From an archaeon (GTDB lineage Archaea; Asgardarchaeota; Thorarchaeia; Thorarchaeales; Thorarchaeaceae): a stretch of DNA of 48,875 nt. Below the pieces are notes generated by a model that worked only from the letters and a program-made list of their open reading frames with translations, was not told the origin of the DNA and did not search any database. The stretch spans positions 1-48,875 of the forward strand of contig JAJRWI010000056.1 in assembly GCA_024276825.1 (NCBI GenBank), given 5' to 3'. Each line of letters opens with the position of its first letter. The stretch's first letter is position 1. The translations under genes and the position numbers were made by a program. Below are positions 1-10,081 of this stretch, one piece after another.

Positions 1-1269
1 ATATTGGCTTCGTATTAGATGTCCAAGAACTCCAGTTAGAAGCATGGCACCAAAGGGTATTAGCAACATAAGCAATGACCACATTCCGGGACCAATCACA
101 TCAAAGTTATTCTCTGGGCTGAAGAGTATGGCAATCACAAATTCATCTACGCCGCCAGGTCGGAATATTATTGTCCTGAATGTGGACCATGCGAAGCTAA
201 GAGTAACTCCCATCACTGAACCAAGGATTGCTCCCGCAACAAGAATTCCTACAAATATGGCAGAAATAATGTTCTTTATCATGCTTGATTTCTTTCTTGG
301 AGCCTCTTCCTTCTTTACTCTGTAGACAAATTCGAAAGTCCTTTTGTATAGAATAACCGAAAAGTCTTCGAAGAGTGGTAGCAGAAGGATAGCAAAGACA
401 ATGGGCCACATTGCAAACCAGAGACCAGTTGTGTAGTAATCAATCAATTGAGGAAGTTGATCTACCTGCGCATAGTTAATCACATTGAATACAATAGTGC
501 CCCACGAGAGTAACAAGTTGAGTCTGAAGAACCAGCCCAATACGCCGCGCATCATTTCGTCGCCAAGGTCTCTATCACCAAGTTTCATTCCAGCGCCTTT
601 AGCAATCCTGTTGGATGCAGGATATCCAAATCGATAGATCCAAGTTAGAAACACTAGGACCCCAGAAACATAAGGGTTAGTCACCATGTATACAGGGATG
701 GATGGCAAGATAGTGACTAGACCAATTATCAAATAGTCCTTTGCTGCACCTGACCTCTTTCGAACTGCAATGTTATCAAGTGGGTTAGGGTCAACCCCTT
801 CAAAAGTTATGTTGTCAAGCCGTTCTCGTAGGCCTGAATAACCATCTGAAACGGGCTCCTTCCCAGTGATTCTCAGAATCGTGTTCTTGAACATCATCTT
901 CAAGGGGTCTTGAAAAGTCAGTTTTATTCCAAGCACGAGCATACCAAAAAGAACAGCAAAGAACGATATCATCACCCAAGTCAGGTACTCTTGTAAGGTG
1001 ACTCCAAATTGAAATAGCAAGTCTGTGATGAATATCCAATAGAACAGATTGGAGGTCACCGTAGGATCAAAGCTTGTAGGTACATTTGGACTTGTGTTGT
1101 AAATAAAGTACAGAAAGAAGGATATCGTCTTAATGTACATCAATGCAACAAAGGCCTCAATGAACTTGTTCCTGCTCTTTCTAAAGAACAGAAGGTAGGC
1201 AAGTGTCACAAGTAATGGCGGTATGAATTCAAAAATAATCGTGAGTGGCGTGAGAGCTACCATGATCAT
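1..1269 (-). CDS. Multi-pass membrane protein of unknown function, runs off the left edge (partial)
   Basis: Missing from the ORF track, apparently because it runs off the edge. Read manually from ATG 1269 (MIMVALTPLTIIFEFIPPLLVTLAYLLFF...) with a GGAGTG RBS-like site at 1271-1276. Many hydrophobic segments, no stop in the part read. Confidence 0.8.
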   Translation of the reverse strand, partial: MIMVALTPLTIIFEFIPPLLVTLAYLLFFRKSRNKFIEAFVALMYIKTISFFLYFIYNTSPNVPTSFDPTVTSNLFYWIFITDLLFQFGVTLQEYLTWVMISFFAVLFGMLVLGIKLTFQDPLKMMFKNTILRITGKEPVSDGYSGLRERLDNITFEGVDPNPLDNIAVRKRSGAAKDYLIIGLVTILPSIPVYMVTNPYVSGVLVFLTWIYRFGYPASNRIAKGAGMKLGDRDLGDEMMRGVLGWFFRLNLLLSWGTIVFNVINYAQVDQLPQLIDYYTTGLWFAMWPIVFAILLLPLFEDFSVILYKRTFEFVYRVKKEEAPRKKSSMIKNIISAIFVGILVAGAILGSVMGVTLSFAWSTFRTIIFRPGGVDEFVIAILFSPENNFDVIGPGMWSLLMLLIPFGAMLLTGVLGHLIRSQY

Positions 1270-1354
1270 TCACTCCAAGCATTTCAAAGACTTGATTACT
1301 ATTTAACACTCAGTAAAAAAGATTCATGCGATAAGCTCAGGTCAACGAAACATT

Positions 1355-1372
1355 TATTAACAATAGTTAATA
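1355..1372. promoter_or_regulatory. Inverted repeat TATTAAC-N4-GTTAATA overlapping the TATA-like box of the ferritin gene
   Basis: Perfect 7-4-7 palindrome ending 36 nt upstream of the ferritin ATG and overlapping TTTATTAA. Confidence 0.5.
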
Positions 1373-1408
1373 TGCATTTAACAACCCCTGCAAAGGAGGG
1401 CATAGCAG

Positions 1409-1903
1409 ATGCAGATCAATAAGGAACTAGAGGACTTGATGAATGACCAGTTGAATTTTGAATTATACAGCGGCTATCTCTATCTCGCAATGGCAGCTTG
1501 GTTTGAAGACCAGAACTTGGACGGAATGGCAAGTTGGATGAGAGTGCAAGCTAAGGAAGAATACGAGCATGCAATGAAATTCTGGAAGCATGTTGTCGAC
1601 AGAGGCGGACGTGTCATTCTCAAACAGATTGATGCGCCAAAGAGTGAGTGGAGTTCGCCGCTGGAGGCATGGGAAGATGCTTATGAGCACGAGAAAATTG
1701 TCACAAAAAGAATTTTCAAAATAGGTGACCTTGCAGAGAAACTAGGCGATAAATCAGCAATTCCATTCCTCAATTGGTTCTATGATGAGCAGATTGAGGA
1801 AGAAGAGCAGACGATGAAGGTTCGCGACTTGCTTAAGAAAGTCGGGGATTCAGTAAACGGACTTTACATGATTGATAATTATCTTAGAAAGCGAAGTGAT
1901 TAA
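1409..1903 (+). CDS. ftnA: Non-heme ferritin
   Basis: ELYSGYLYLAMAAWF, EEYEHAMK, EQIEEE ferroxidase-centre motifs; GGAGG RBS; 164 aa. Confidence 0.95.
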   Translation: MQINKELEDLMNDQLNFELYSGYLYLAMAAWFEDQNLDGMASWMRVQAKEEYEHAMKFWKHVVDRGGRVILKQIDAPKSEWSSPLEAWEDAYEHEKIVTKRIFKIGDLAEKLGDKSAIPFLNWFYDEQIEEEEQTMKVRDLLKKVGDSVNGLYMIDNYLRKRSD

Positions 1904-1930
1904 TCATCCTTTTACTAAGCATTTGATCTT

Positions 1931-1960
1931 GGGGCTTAGGCCCCTTTTCTTCTTTTTTAT
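1931..1960 (+). terminator. Hairpin plus T-tract terminator after ferritin
   Basis: GGGGC-TTAG-GCCCC followed by TTTTCTTCTTTTTT. Confidence 0.7.
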
Positions 1961-2039
1961 TCCATGAGAATTGGCGAATTCGTATAGTATTAATGTGAGT
2001 TTTACACGTGAAAGACAGTCAGAAAAGGGGTGTCAATTC

Positions 2040-4028
2040 ATGTTATCCAATGATATTGCAAGACGCGTGGCTGAACTCGTTTCGGGCATACGTGCTAAAG
2101 ACTATGTCAGAGAGATTTCAATATTTCATCGAATTCAGGGGAGTCCAGGAATACACCAGGCAATGGAATATCTGAGAGAGGAGATAGGCAGAATATCTGG
2201 TGCGGAGGTTGAGATCCTCAAGTATGATGCATCAGGTAAAGAAACGATTGGTACTTGGGAAGATCTCGTAGCATGGACACCCAGATCGGCAACACTTGAA
2301 TTGATTGAACCAGAGAGGGGAGTCCTTGCAGACTTTAATGCAGAACCCATTTCTTTAGCCGCATTTTCATGTTCAGCGAGTGTTGAGGCAGAAGTTGTTT
2401 ATGTTGGTAAAGGGCTTGAAAAGGCAGACTATCAGAATAAAGATGTCAAGGGAAAGATCATCCTCACCAAGAGTAAGGCAGCCACTGTTCATAAAATAGC
2501 ATGTATCGAACATGGGGCTATTGGAATACTGACATTCGTGCCGCCTACGGGAATTGACGAGATCGCTGCTATGCGTCGGTATGAAGGCCTTTGGCCCAGA
2601 GTCAAGGATATTAAACAGACGCGATTCGGCTTTGCACTGACACAGGCGGATGGTCTTCGTATAAAGAACTGGCTGGAGGAAGGCAAGACTGTTAGGGTAA
2701 GAGCGGAGGTTGATGCTGAGTTTAATAATGGCACAAATCCTGTTCTTACAGCAGTGATTAAGGGCAAAGACCCATCCCAGGAGATCCTGCTCATCGCTCA
2801 TGCATGTCATCCTCATCCTGGTGCTAATGATAATGCATCTGGAAGTGCTGCGATTCTAGAAACACTTAGGGTTCTGTCAAGAATGATCAAGGAAGGTACA
2901 ATTGAAGAGCCTGAGTATTCGATCAGATTCATGTGGGTTCCTGAGTGGCATGGTACAATAAAGTACATAGATGCGAATGCTGACAGGCTAAAGCTCAGGG
3001 CAGTCATAAATGTTGACATGGTGGGTGCAGATCCCGCAAAGACTGGTTCGGTCTTGCATCTATATAGGACACCCTACTCATTACCAAGCACTCTGAATAA
3101 CATAATCAGGTACTGGCTTAGAGAAGAAGCGAAAAGAGATGTTGGCAAAGGACATGGAGGGTCTCTTGTACCATCGATATGGGATTATCGGGTGTATTCA
3201 GCTGGCAGTGATCATTTCATGTTTACTGACAGCACCATTGGAATTCCTGCGGTAATGTTGAATCAAGACCCTGACAAGTATTACCACACATCTATTGACA
3301 CGCCAGATCAGATATGTCCCAAGCAGATGGCGTTTGTGTCCAGAGTTCTTGTGTTATCTGCAATCTCACTTTCCATGCCGAAGCAGGTAATCAAGGAAAT
3401 AATGCTTGCTGAAGTAGGCCAAGAGATCAGTGAATTACTCACACGAACATGTTATTGGGGAGTGGATAAGCTGGGCCGTTGTGAGGGAGATCCAGAGGAG
3501 GTTTATCCACGGGTGATGCGTTGGCTCGGTTATGCTAGAGACTTGAGCATGAAGACTCTTCAGAAGGCAGCTGAAGAGTGGGCATTAATCACAGTGCAGA
3601 GGGCCTTGCTTGAGGCCATCAAGGGTTCAATAGAGCTTGACTATACATCTAAGATGATGGTCGCTAGAAAGGCATACGAGGGCGCATGCATAGAGGTCGG
3701 TCTTGAGGCCAAGGATGAGATTCTCCCAGACATTGGAAAGATAGGTCTCGAAGTGGAGGTCAAGAGAAGCATTAAGTATGCACTCTCACCGAGCTATTTC
3801 ATCGATAGCATTAAGGATGGTGCTGCAAAATATACAAGGATTAGAAAAGAGCATGCGGACATTCTCAATAGAGTTGATGAACTTCTTAACCTGTCAGATG
3901 ACTGGACATTGCTATCCGAGATCTGGGACAGGTTATGCTTCCAGTTCGGAATGATGGAGCCAAAAGTACTCCTTGATGTTATTGATGATCTAAAGGCACT
4001 GAAGATAATTGATGTAAGGGAAGTGTGA
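2040..4028 (+). CDS. M28-family (DUF4910-like) metallopeptidase with PA domain and C-terminal extension
   Basis: AHACHPHPGANDNASG, VPEW, GSDH, YYHTSID zinc-site motifs; PA-domain VYVGKG...DVKGKIIL; ATG 2040 preferred over TTG 1971. Confidence 0.85.
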   Translation: MLSNDIARRVAELVSGIRAKDYVREISIFHRIQGSPGIHQAMEYLREEIGRISGAEVEILKYDASGKETIGTWEDLVAWTPRSATLELIEPERGVLADFNAEPISLAAFSCSASVEAEVVYVGKGLEKADYQNKDVKGKIILTKSKAATVHKIACIEHGAIGILTFVPPTGIDEIAAMRRYEGLWPRVKDIKQTRFGFALTQADGLRIKNWLEEGKTVRVRAEVDAEFNNGTNPVLTAVIKGKDPSQEILLIAHACHPHPGANDNASGSAAILETLRVLSRMIKEGTIEEPEYSIRFMWVPEWHGTIKYIDANADRLKLRAVINVDMVGADPAKTGSVLHLYRTPYSLPSTLNNIIRYWLREEAKRDVGKGHGGSLVPSIWDYRVYSAGSDHFMFTDSTIGIPAVMLNQDPDKYYHTSIDTPDQICPKQMAFVSRVLVLSAISLSMPKQVIKEIMLAEVGQEISELLTRTCYWGVDKLGRCEGDPEEVYPRVMRWLGYARDLSMKTLQKAAEEWALITVQRALLEAIKGSIELDYTSKMMVARKAYEGACIEVGLEAKDEILPDIGKIGLEVEVKRSIKYALSPSYFIDSIKDGAAKYTRIRKEHADILNRVDELLNLSDDWTLLSEIWDRLCFQFGMMEPKVLLDVIDDLKALKIIDVREV

Positions 4029-4519
4029 TAATGGGAACCAGCATGGGACTTTACAAGAGAGTTGTCTTTGCTGGTACATTCGATCATCTGCATCAAGGAC
4101 ATAAGCACCTCTTATTGACAGCACTTAGACTTGGCGAGAAAGTGGGCATAGGTCTCACAACAGACAAGATGCTATCTGGCAAGAAGGAAGCAGACAAGAT
4201 ACAGAGCTATGAAGAGCGGTTCAGAGCTCTTGATGAGTTTCTCTCAATGCACGCATCACGGGACAAGTATGAGATATTTCCCATAGAAACTAAGGAGGGT
4301 GGGGCAGACAAAATGGAGGATCTCGAGGCGCTTGTGGTGTCTGATGAAATTAGGGTTGTTGAGAATGCATTTGAGATCAATCGACTACGGGCGAAGAATG
4401 GACTCAAGCGGTTTCACATAATAGTTGTGCCCCGGGTCAGAACAAAAGACGGAAGACCACTATCATCATCGCGCATACGTGATGGCGAATCATTTAATGG
4501 TGAAGAACTTGTCTACTGA
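4025..4519 (+). CDS. coaD: Phosphopantetheine adenylyltransferase (archaeal/eukaryal type)
   Basis: GTFDHLHQGH (HxGH), GLTTD, LVVSDE, INRLR..NGL, LSSSRIR; GTGA overlap with the upstream stop. Confidence 0.9.
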   Translation: MIMGTSMGLYKRVVFAGTFDHLHQGHKHLLLTALRLGEKVGIGLTTDKMLSGKKEADKIQSYEERFRALDEFLSMHASRDKYEIFPIETKEGGADKMEDLEALVVSDEIRVVENAFEINRLRAKNGLKRFHIIVVPRVRTKDGRPLSSSRIRDGESFNGEELVY

Positions 4520-5784
4520 ATGGGCCTGAACATTTGTAATCTTGACATCAGCTCATCGAACTGGGGGTTGTCCATCAAGTTCACATATTGAGTCCGTTCA
4601 ATATTGTCATTCATCATGGTCATTGCTTTGGGATCCTTGAGAATCAGGCAGGCGCCTTCCAAGGCACCATTCTTAATCTGAGTTATTTTTGATTGTGATA
4701 GGTCAGGAATGAGACCTATGTCAATGGCATCTTTGAAATTCAGATTTGTTCCGAAAGCGCCCGTGAAGATAACTCTAGCTATCTGTTTCAATGAAACCCT
4801 TGCAGATTGTAGTAACATCATGATTGATGTCGCAATGGCCGCCTTTGACTGCTGCAACATCCTGATATCTACCTGAGAGATGTAGATGGGGCGGCGTATT
4901 GCTGAGTTGTTTTCAGTGACAAGAAGGTAATGCATGACATTGCCATCTCGTTGAAGCCATTTCGATTGCGACTCTCGATTAAATGACCCCACTTCGTTCA
5001 TTAGACATGAGCGTTGCAACTCAGCAAGCACAGATAGAGCACCAGTTCCACAGATTCCGGCAGGAGCAGTGTTACCAATGACATGAACCCTGGGCTTCTC
5101 TAGGGGGCTTGTGATTTCCACTTTATCGATAGCTCCTTCTAATGCAGGCATTCCACATTGCAGGGACATTCCTTCGAAGGCGGGGCCCGAAGGAGCAGAG
5201 GTCGCCCAAATTCGTTCTCTTGTGATAAGGACAAGTTCGGTGTTAGTTCCGACATCCAATAGTAAAAGGGGATAATCTGCGAAACTGTTGATCACATGGA
5301 TGATATTGGAGACCGCATCGGAGCCAATGAACGACTTAATCAAAGGTGGTGAATAGACAGGTACATCAGGAACCATTCTAAGCCCAAGTTTCATTGATGT
5401 TGTATCTATCTCATCCCTGTGACTTGTGGAATAGGGTGGATGGAGCAGAGAATTGATTGGTAGATCAAACAGAATGTGATGCATCACTGTGTTGCCAACA
5501 AACACAATCCTTTCTAATGATTTCATTGACAATTCAGTATCAATCAATAATTGTGAGAGTAAGGAGTCAATTTTTTCGAGCACCAGTTTCCGAAGTTTTC
5601 TGGCATTATCACTCGTTTTCGTGTAATAACGAGCCCTTGTAATTACATCAAGCCCGATTGTGTTCTGTGGATTGTAAGCACGCGTAGTGCTAATGATTTC
5701 GCCCGTATCCAGATCTATTAATCGAGCCATGATATTGGTTGTTCCAACATCAACTGCGGCTCCTATTGATGTGGAATCTTCCAC
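4513..5784 (-). CDS. ASKHA-domain (DUF4445) protein, RACo/RamA-like corrinoid activator, without an attached Fe-S domain
   Basis: DVGTT, VGNTVMHH, DVGTNTE, SGPAFEG, GICGTG motifs; likely GTG start at 5784 with GGAGGA just upstream. Confidence 0.85.
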   Translation of the reverse strand: MEDSTSIGAAVDVGTTNIMARLIDLDTGEIISTTRAYNPQNTIGLDVITRARYYTKTSDNARKLRKLVLEKIDSLLSQLLIDTELSMKSLERIVFVGNTVMHHILFDLPINSLLHPPYSTSHRDEIDTTSMKLGLRMVPDVPVYSPPLIKSFIGSDAVSNIIHVINSFADYPLLLLDVGTNTELVLITRERIWATSAPSGPAFEGMSLQCGMPALEGAIDKVEITSPLEKPRVHVIGNTAPAGICGTGALSVLAELQRSCLMNEVGSFNRESQSKWLQRDGNVMHYLLVTENNSAIRRPIYISQVDIRMLQQSKAAIATSIMMLLQSARVSLKQIARVIFTGAFGTNLNFKDAIDIGLIPDLSQSKITQIKNGALEGACLILKDPKAMTMMNDNIERTQYVNLMDNPQFDELMSRLQMFRPIQ

Positions 5785-5831
5785 ATCTAGTCCTCCATTC
5801 TTTTGGCAGCTTGCCTTTGACTCCAAACTTG

Positions 5832-6281
5832 CTACCGTACTATCATTACTGGACAAAAGGCCTGTTTCATAACTTTGTCACTGATAGAACCTACAAAGAG
5901 CCTTTTGAACCCGCTGATTCCACGCGACCCCATAATGATCAGGTCCACCTTGCGTTCAGCAGCTATGTCGATTATTCGTCTGGCAGGATCACCATGGTCC
6001 AATAATGCTTCAACCTCGCAACCCAGAGAGAGAGCCAGATTCTTTGACCTCTCAAGGATTTCTTCACCCACCCGTTGAAGCTCAAGGAAGGGTCGATCAG
6101 ACTGAATATCATGATAGGGAGTAGCAGAAACCAACATGGGCACTATATAGAGGAGGATGACTTCTGCGCCAAGTGGAGGCCCCAATGCACTGGCATATCT
6201 AATAGCCTTGTCAGAATATTCGGATCCATCAACTGCCACAAGAATTGTCTTTACCTGAATTCTCTCTCCTTCTACAGTCAT
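5832..6281 (-). CDS. Universal stress protein (UspA family)
   Basis: ILVAVDGSEYS, GDPARRI, DLIIMGSRG, GSISDKV, PVMIVR. Confidence 0.95.
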   Translation of the reverse strand: MTVEGERIQVKTILVAVDGSEYSDKAIRYASALGPPLGAEVILLYIVPMLVSATPYHDIQSDRPFLELQRVGEEILERSKNLALSLGCEVEALLDHGDPARRIIDIAAERKVDLIIMGSRGISGFKRLFVGSISDKVMKQAFCPVMIVR

Positions 6282-6336
6282 CGGCCACACTCAGTCTTAC
6301 AAATAATCAACCGACCTTATCTCTCTTTCTCATTAT

Positions 6337-7842
6337 CTACAGAGATTTGAAATCAACATCGCCTTTGACGAGTTTCTTCAATGTGGTAATGAGTTCATTA
6401 CGATGAACACGAATCTGTTCCATAGAGTCCCTATCACGAACTGTTACTGTTTCGTCTTAAAGAGTAGTATAATCAATTGTGACGCAGAATGGAGTGCCAA
6501 CCTCATCTTGTCTGCGATACCTTCTGCCAATTGAACCACTCTGATCGAACTGAGTTATGAGACCACTTTCCATAATCTCCATGAAAATCTCTCGTGCCGG
6601 AGATAGGAGTTCTGGCTTGCCCATAAGTGGAAACACAGCCACTTGAACAGGAGCAACTTCTGGGGGAAATCTCAACCAAGTGCGCTCTTCGTCTTCAACA
6701 TATGAGTTATCAATCAAGCAGAATAGAGGCCTTTCGACACCAAAAGCAATCTCGAGGACATTGGGCACAACAGGTTTCTTGTCGACCTTGACTGATAGAC
6801 GTTCTTTGGAGAATTCCTGATGCCGAGTGAGATCGTAGTTGCCCCTATCATGAATTCCGCAACATTCAACCCAGCCAAAGCTGTTTGTATGAATCTCGAC
6901 ATCCCATGCATCCGCGGCATAGTGTGCCCTCTCAGTGGGCAAGTGCTGTCTTAACCTAATAATGTCGTCGGAGAACCCCATTCCTCTGAATATCGAATAA
7001 GCCAATTGTACACACCATGCATATGCAGGCTTCTGAAAGTGTTCCCTTTTAATAGCTTCAGCCAAGCTCAAACGAATGACCTCTTCACTCTCTACCTCTT
7101 GTGTCTGATAAGGTAGCAGGGGCAGCTTCTTATCAGCAATCTCTTGAAACCTTGGCCATTCAATCTCATCTTTTTCAAGGATGAATATCTGACCCTCAAC
7201 CTGCGTAAACTCTCTCAGACGAAGCATTCCCTGACGTGGTGATATTTCATTTCTGTAGGCCTTCCCAATCTGAAACACTGAGAACGGAAGTTTGTCCCGG
7301 AAGAATGTCAAGAACCTCTTGAATAGAAGATAAGTTGTAGTTGCGGTTTCGGGTCGCATGTAAGCCTCTTGATCCAGACCAAGTCGTGTCTTTAGCATCA
7401 AGTTATATGGTTCCACCTCACCAAGCCTGCCCTTGCAAGATGGGCATACAACACCAAGTTCATTGATCTTCTCAGTTAATTGTTCAACCGAGAGACCTTC
7501 TACATGAACCTCTGGAAATTCCTCCTTGATCAGATTGTCTGCACGGTAGACCTGCTTACAACTCAAACACTGGGTCACAGGATCAATGAATCCATCAAGA
7601 TGTCCTGAGGCCTTCCATACAATGGCTGGCGATACAGTTGGACACTCAACCTCCCAGAAACCAGCCTTCACGAATGATGAACGAATTCTGTCCTCGAGCC
7701 GATTCTTGAGTAGCTTACCAAGAGGACCCAGATCATAGAGACCTGCACTCCCACCGTATATCTCAGGAGAGGGGCCCCAGAAAAAGCCACGTTTTCTGCA
7801 GAGACCGTAGATGATCTCGTTGAACTCTTTTTCGGAACTCAT
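6337..7842 (-). CDS. glyS: Glycyl-tRNA synthetase (alpha2 type) interrupted by an in-frame TAA at 6457-6459; natural end appears to be TAG at 6337-6339
   Basis: IYGG, ASGH, RPETA, RNEISPRQG, LRLREFTQ, SIGRRYRRQDEVGTP; frame continues past TAA as DETVTVRDRDSMEQIRV... Confidence 0.9.
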
Positions 7843-7955
7843 TGATTAGACCCACATGCGAGTTCGAATAAACCAGTCTTAAACCTAATGCCACAGCAAT
7901 TTTAACCAAGCAGAAATCTTATGTAAGATAAGCAATGAGTATGGGTGTGGTGCAA

Positions 7956-9227
7956 ATGGTCGAAGATTCGAGGATCTCGGGATTCTACAAGCTCTCGCGT
8001 GAGCAGAGAGTTGCAAAGTTGAAAGAGCTCACTGGGGTATCAGATGAGGACCTGAAACCCCTGATAAATCCGGGAAAGGTGGATATGGAGATTCTTGATC
8101 ATATGATTGAGAATGTTGTTGGTTCAATGACACTGCCACTTGGGATTGCAACGAACTTTCAGGTCAACGGAAAGGATTACCTTGTGCCTATGGCTATTGA
8201 GGAGCCCTCGGTCGTTGCTGCTGCAAGCAACGCTGCAAGGATGACTAGAAAATATGGCGGCTTCACTGCAGTGGATACAGGCTCTCACATGATTGCTCAG
8301 ATTCAAGCAGTAGGGATAGATTCACCATTCGCCGCAAAACATGACATTCTAATGGAGAAGGAACGATTGATTGAGCTTGCAAATGAGCAGGACCCAATTC
8401 TTGTGAGGTTTGGGGGTGGAGCACGGGAACTCAGAGTGAGGGTGATAGACTCAAAGGTGGGTCCAATGGTAATCACAGAGGTCATTGTTGACACAAGGGA
8501 TGCCATGGGTGCAAATGCAGTCAACACAATGGCGGAGGCTCTGGCCCCAGAGATTGAAAAGATAACCGGGGGAAGAGTGCTACTCAGAATCCTCTCCAAT
8601 CTTGCAGATCTCAGGCTCGTTCGTGCAAAGGCCACATTTGATAAGGAGATGCTTGGCGTAGAGGAGGTTGTTGATGGAATGATAGCGGCTTGGGCATTTG
8701 CAGAAGCAGACCCCTATCGATGTGCCACGCACAATAAGGGGATCATGAATGGCATCGATGCAGTAGTGATTGCCACTGGCAATGACTTCAGGGCAATCGA
8801 GGCTGGTGCTCACAGTTACGCATCCGTTGGAGGATACCATTCTCTGACAAAATATGAGAAGGACCGTGATGGTAATCTAATTGGAACAATTGAGATCCCA
8901 ATGGCAGTTGGTCTTGTGGGAGGTGCGACGAAAGTCCATCCAGTGGCACGTGCAAGCATCAAGATTCTTGGGGTTAACACTTCATTAGAACTTGCTCATG
9001 TGATTGCAAGTGTTGGTCTTGCTCAGAATGCGGCTGCTTTAAGAGCTTTGGCCGCTGAAGGAATTCAAAAGGGTCATATGGCACTTCATGCTAGAAATGT
9101 TGCCGCCACCGCAGGTGCGAAGGGTGAGATGATCGATATAATTGCAAAGCGTCTCGTTGAGGAACGAAACATCAAGGTTGAACGTGCAAAAGAGATACTT
9201 GAGGAGTTAGCGGACAAACAGGCCTGA
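7956..9227 (+). CDS. mvaA: HMG-CoA reductase, class II (bacterial-like)
   Basis: SRISGFYK, ENVVG, PMAIEEPSVVAAAS, DAMGANAVN, THNKGIMNG, GIQKGHMALH; start may be 7935 or 7956. Confidence 0.93.
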   Translation: MVEDSRISGFYKLSREQRVAKLKELTGVSDEDLKPLINPGKVDMEILDHMIENVVGSMTLPLGIATNFQVNGKDYLVPMAIEEPSVVAAASNAARMTRKYGGFTAVDTGSHMIAQIQAVGIDSPFAAKHDILMEKERLIELANEQDPILVRFGGGARELRVRVIDSKVGPMVITEVIVDTRDAMGANAVNTMAEALAPEIEKITGGRVLLRILSNLADLRLVRAKATFDKEMLGVEEVVDGMIAAWAFAEADPYRCATHNKGIMNGIDAVVIATGNDFRAIEAGAHSYASVGGYHSLTKYEKDRDGNLIGTIEIPMAVGLVGGATKVHPVARASIKILGVNTSLELAHVIASVGLAQNAAALRALAAEGIQKGHMALHARNVAATAGAKGEMIDIIAKRLVEERNIKVERAKEILEELADKQA

Positions 9228-9335
9228 AACCTTCGATTTTTGCACCACAATCCATCGCGCAAACATATTTGTGCTGTATTCAATAGTGGTAGAACAACCT
9301 AGCACTGTTAAATTTTAATCAAGGAGAAAGGAATA

Positions 9336-10079
9336 ATGAAACTTGAGGATGAGTGCGGACAATGGGAACGGATTGCGGGCGAGTTCGCAGAGGCAGGAAA
9401 GTTCTTCCAAGCTGCCAATCAGTTCAAACATGCAGCTCAGTGTTATCTCGACAGAGTTCTTGAAATGACCAGAAACGCCGCAGAGAACTATCACATTTTT
9501 GCAGAGGCAAGTCTTGAAAACGATGATCACAAGAGCGCAGCCACAGGATACTTTGAGGCTGCAACGCAGTACAGACAGATAAGTGAATATGACACTGCAC
9601 TCACTCTATTTGAAAATGCAGCCAGGGAAGCTTTACTTGAAAGAATGACAGAAATGGCTGCTCAGTCATACTTGTGGGCTGCCTACTCATGCCATATGTT
9701 GGGCAATGCAGAATATTTTCTGACCTGTGCCAAGAATATGGGCGACCTCTATAACAGAGCAGCAGAAAATGCACTGGAAGAGGGTAAGGCAGAACGCGCT
9801 GTCATTAATCTGTCACTTGCGGCTATGGGCTATGCCACAATTGAGAGAGTTGAAGTGGCCAAAGAGGCTATTGATAAGGCGCAGAGAATAATTGATAAGA
9901 CAAGATGGGAATGGCTAAAGACCCTTCTCGATTTCAGTGATGCTCTGACAAGTCACAGACTGGATGATGCTGATGATCTCCTCAGAGACTTCAAAGAGGA
10001 AGAAACCATCCAACAAGTCATGCGTGCATGCTTAGATATTGTGGTTGAACGAGAGAGGGCTAAAAAGAAAGGTAAATAG
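9336..10079 (+). CDS. SNAP-like/TPR alpha-solenoid protein
   Basis: Ala/aromatic helical repeats (QAANQFKHAAQCY, SAATGYFEAATQY, TALTLFENAA) resembling alpha/gamma-SNAP repeats. Confidence 0.65.
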   Translation: MKLEDECGQWERIAGEFAEAGKFFQAANQFKHAAQCYLDRVLEMTRNAAENYHIFAEASLENDDHKSAATGYFEAATQYRQISEYDTALTLFENAAREALLERMTEMAAQSYLWAAYSCHMLGNAEYFLTCAKNMGDLYNRAAENALEEGKAERAVINLSLAAMGYATIERVEVAKEAIDKAQRIIDKTRWEWLKTLLDFSDALTSHRLDDADDLLRDFKEEETIQQVMRACLDIVVERERAKKKGK

Positions 10080-10081
10080 TA

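Noticed and set aside
44-1039. Short ORFs 44-325, 197-409 and 815-1039
   Set aside because: Shadows of the long minus-strand membrane protein gene starting at 1269.
6457-6459. Genome-wide stop-codon reassignment, selenocysteine or pyrrolysine as the explanation for the glyS stop
   Set aside because: The codon is TAA, not TGA or TAG, and all three stops end conserved genes at expected positions elsewhere in the window.
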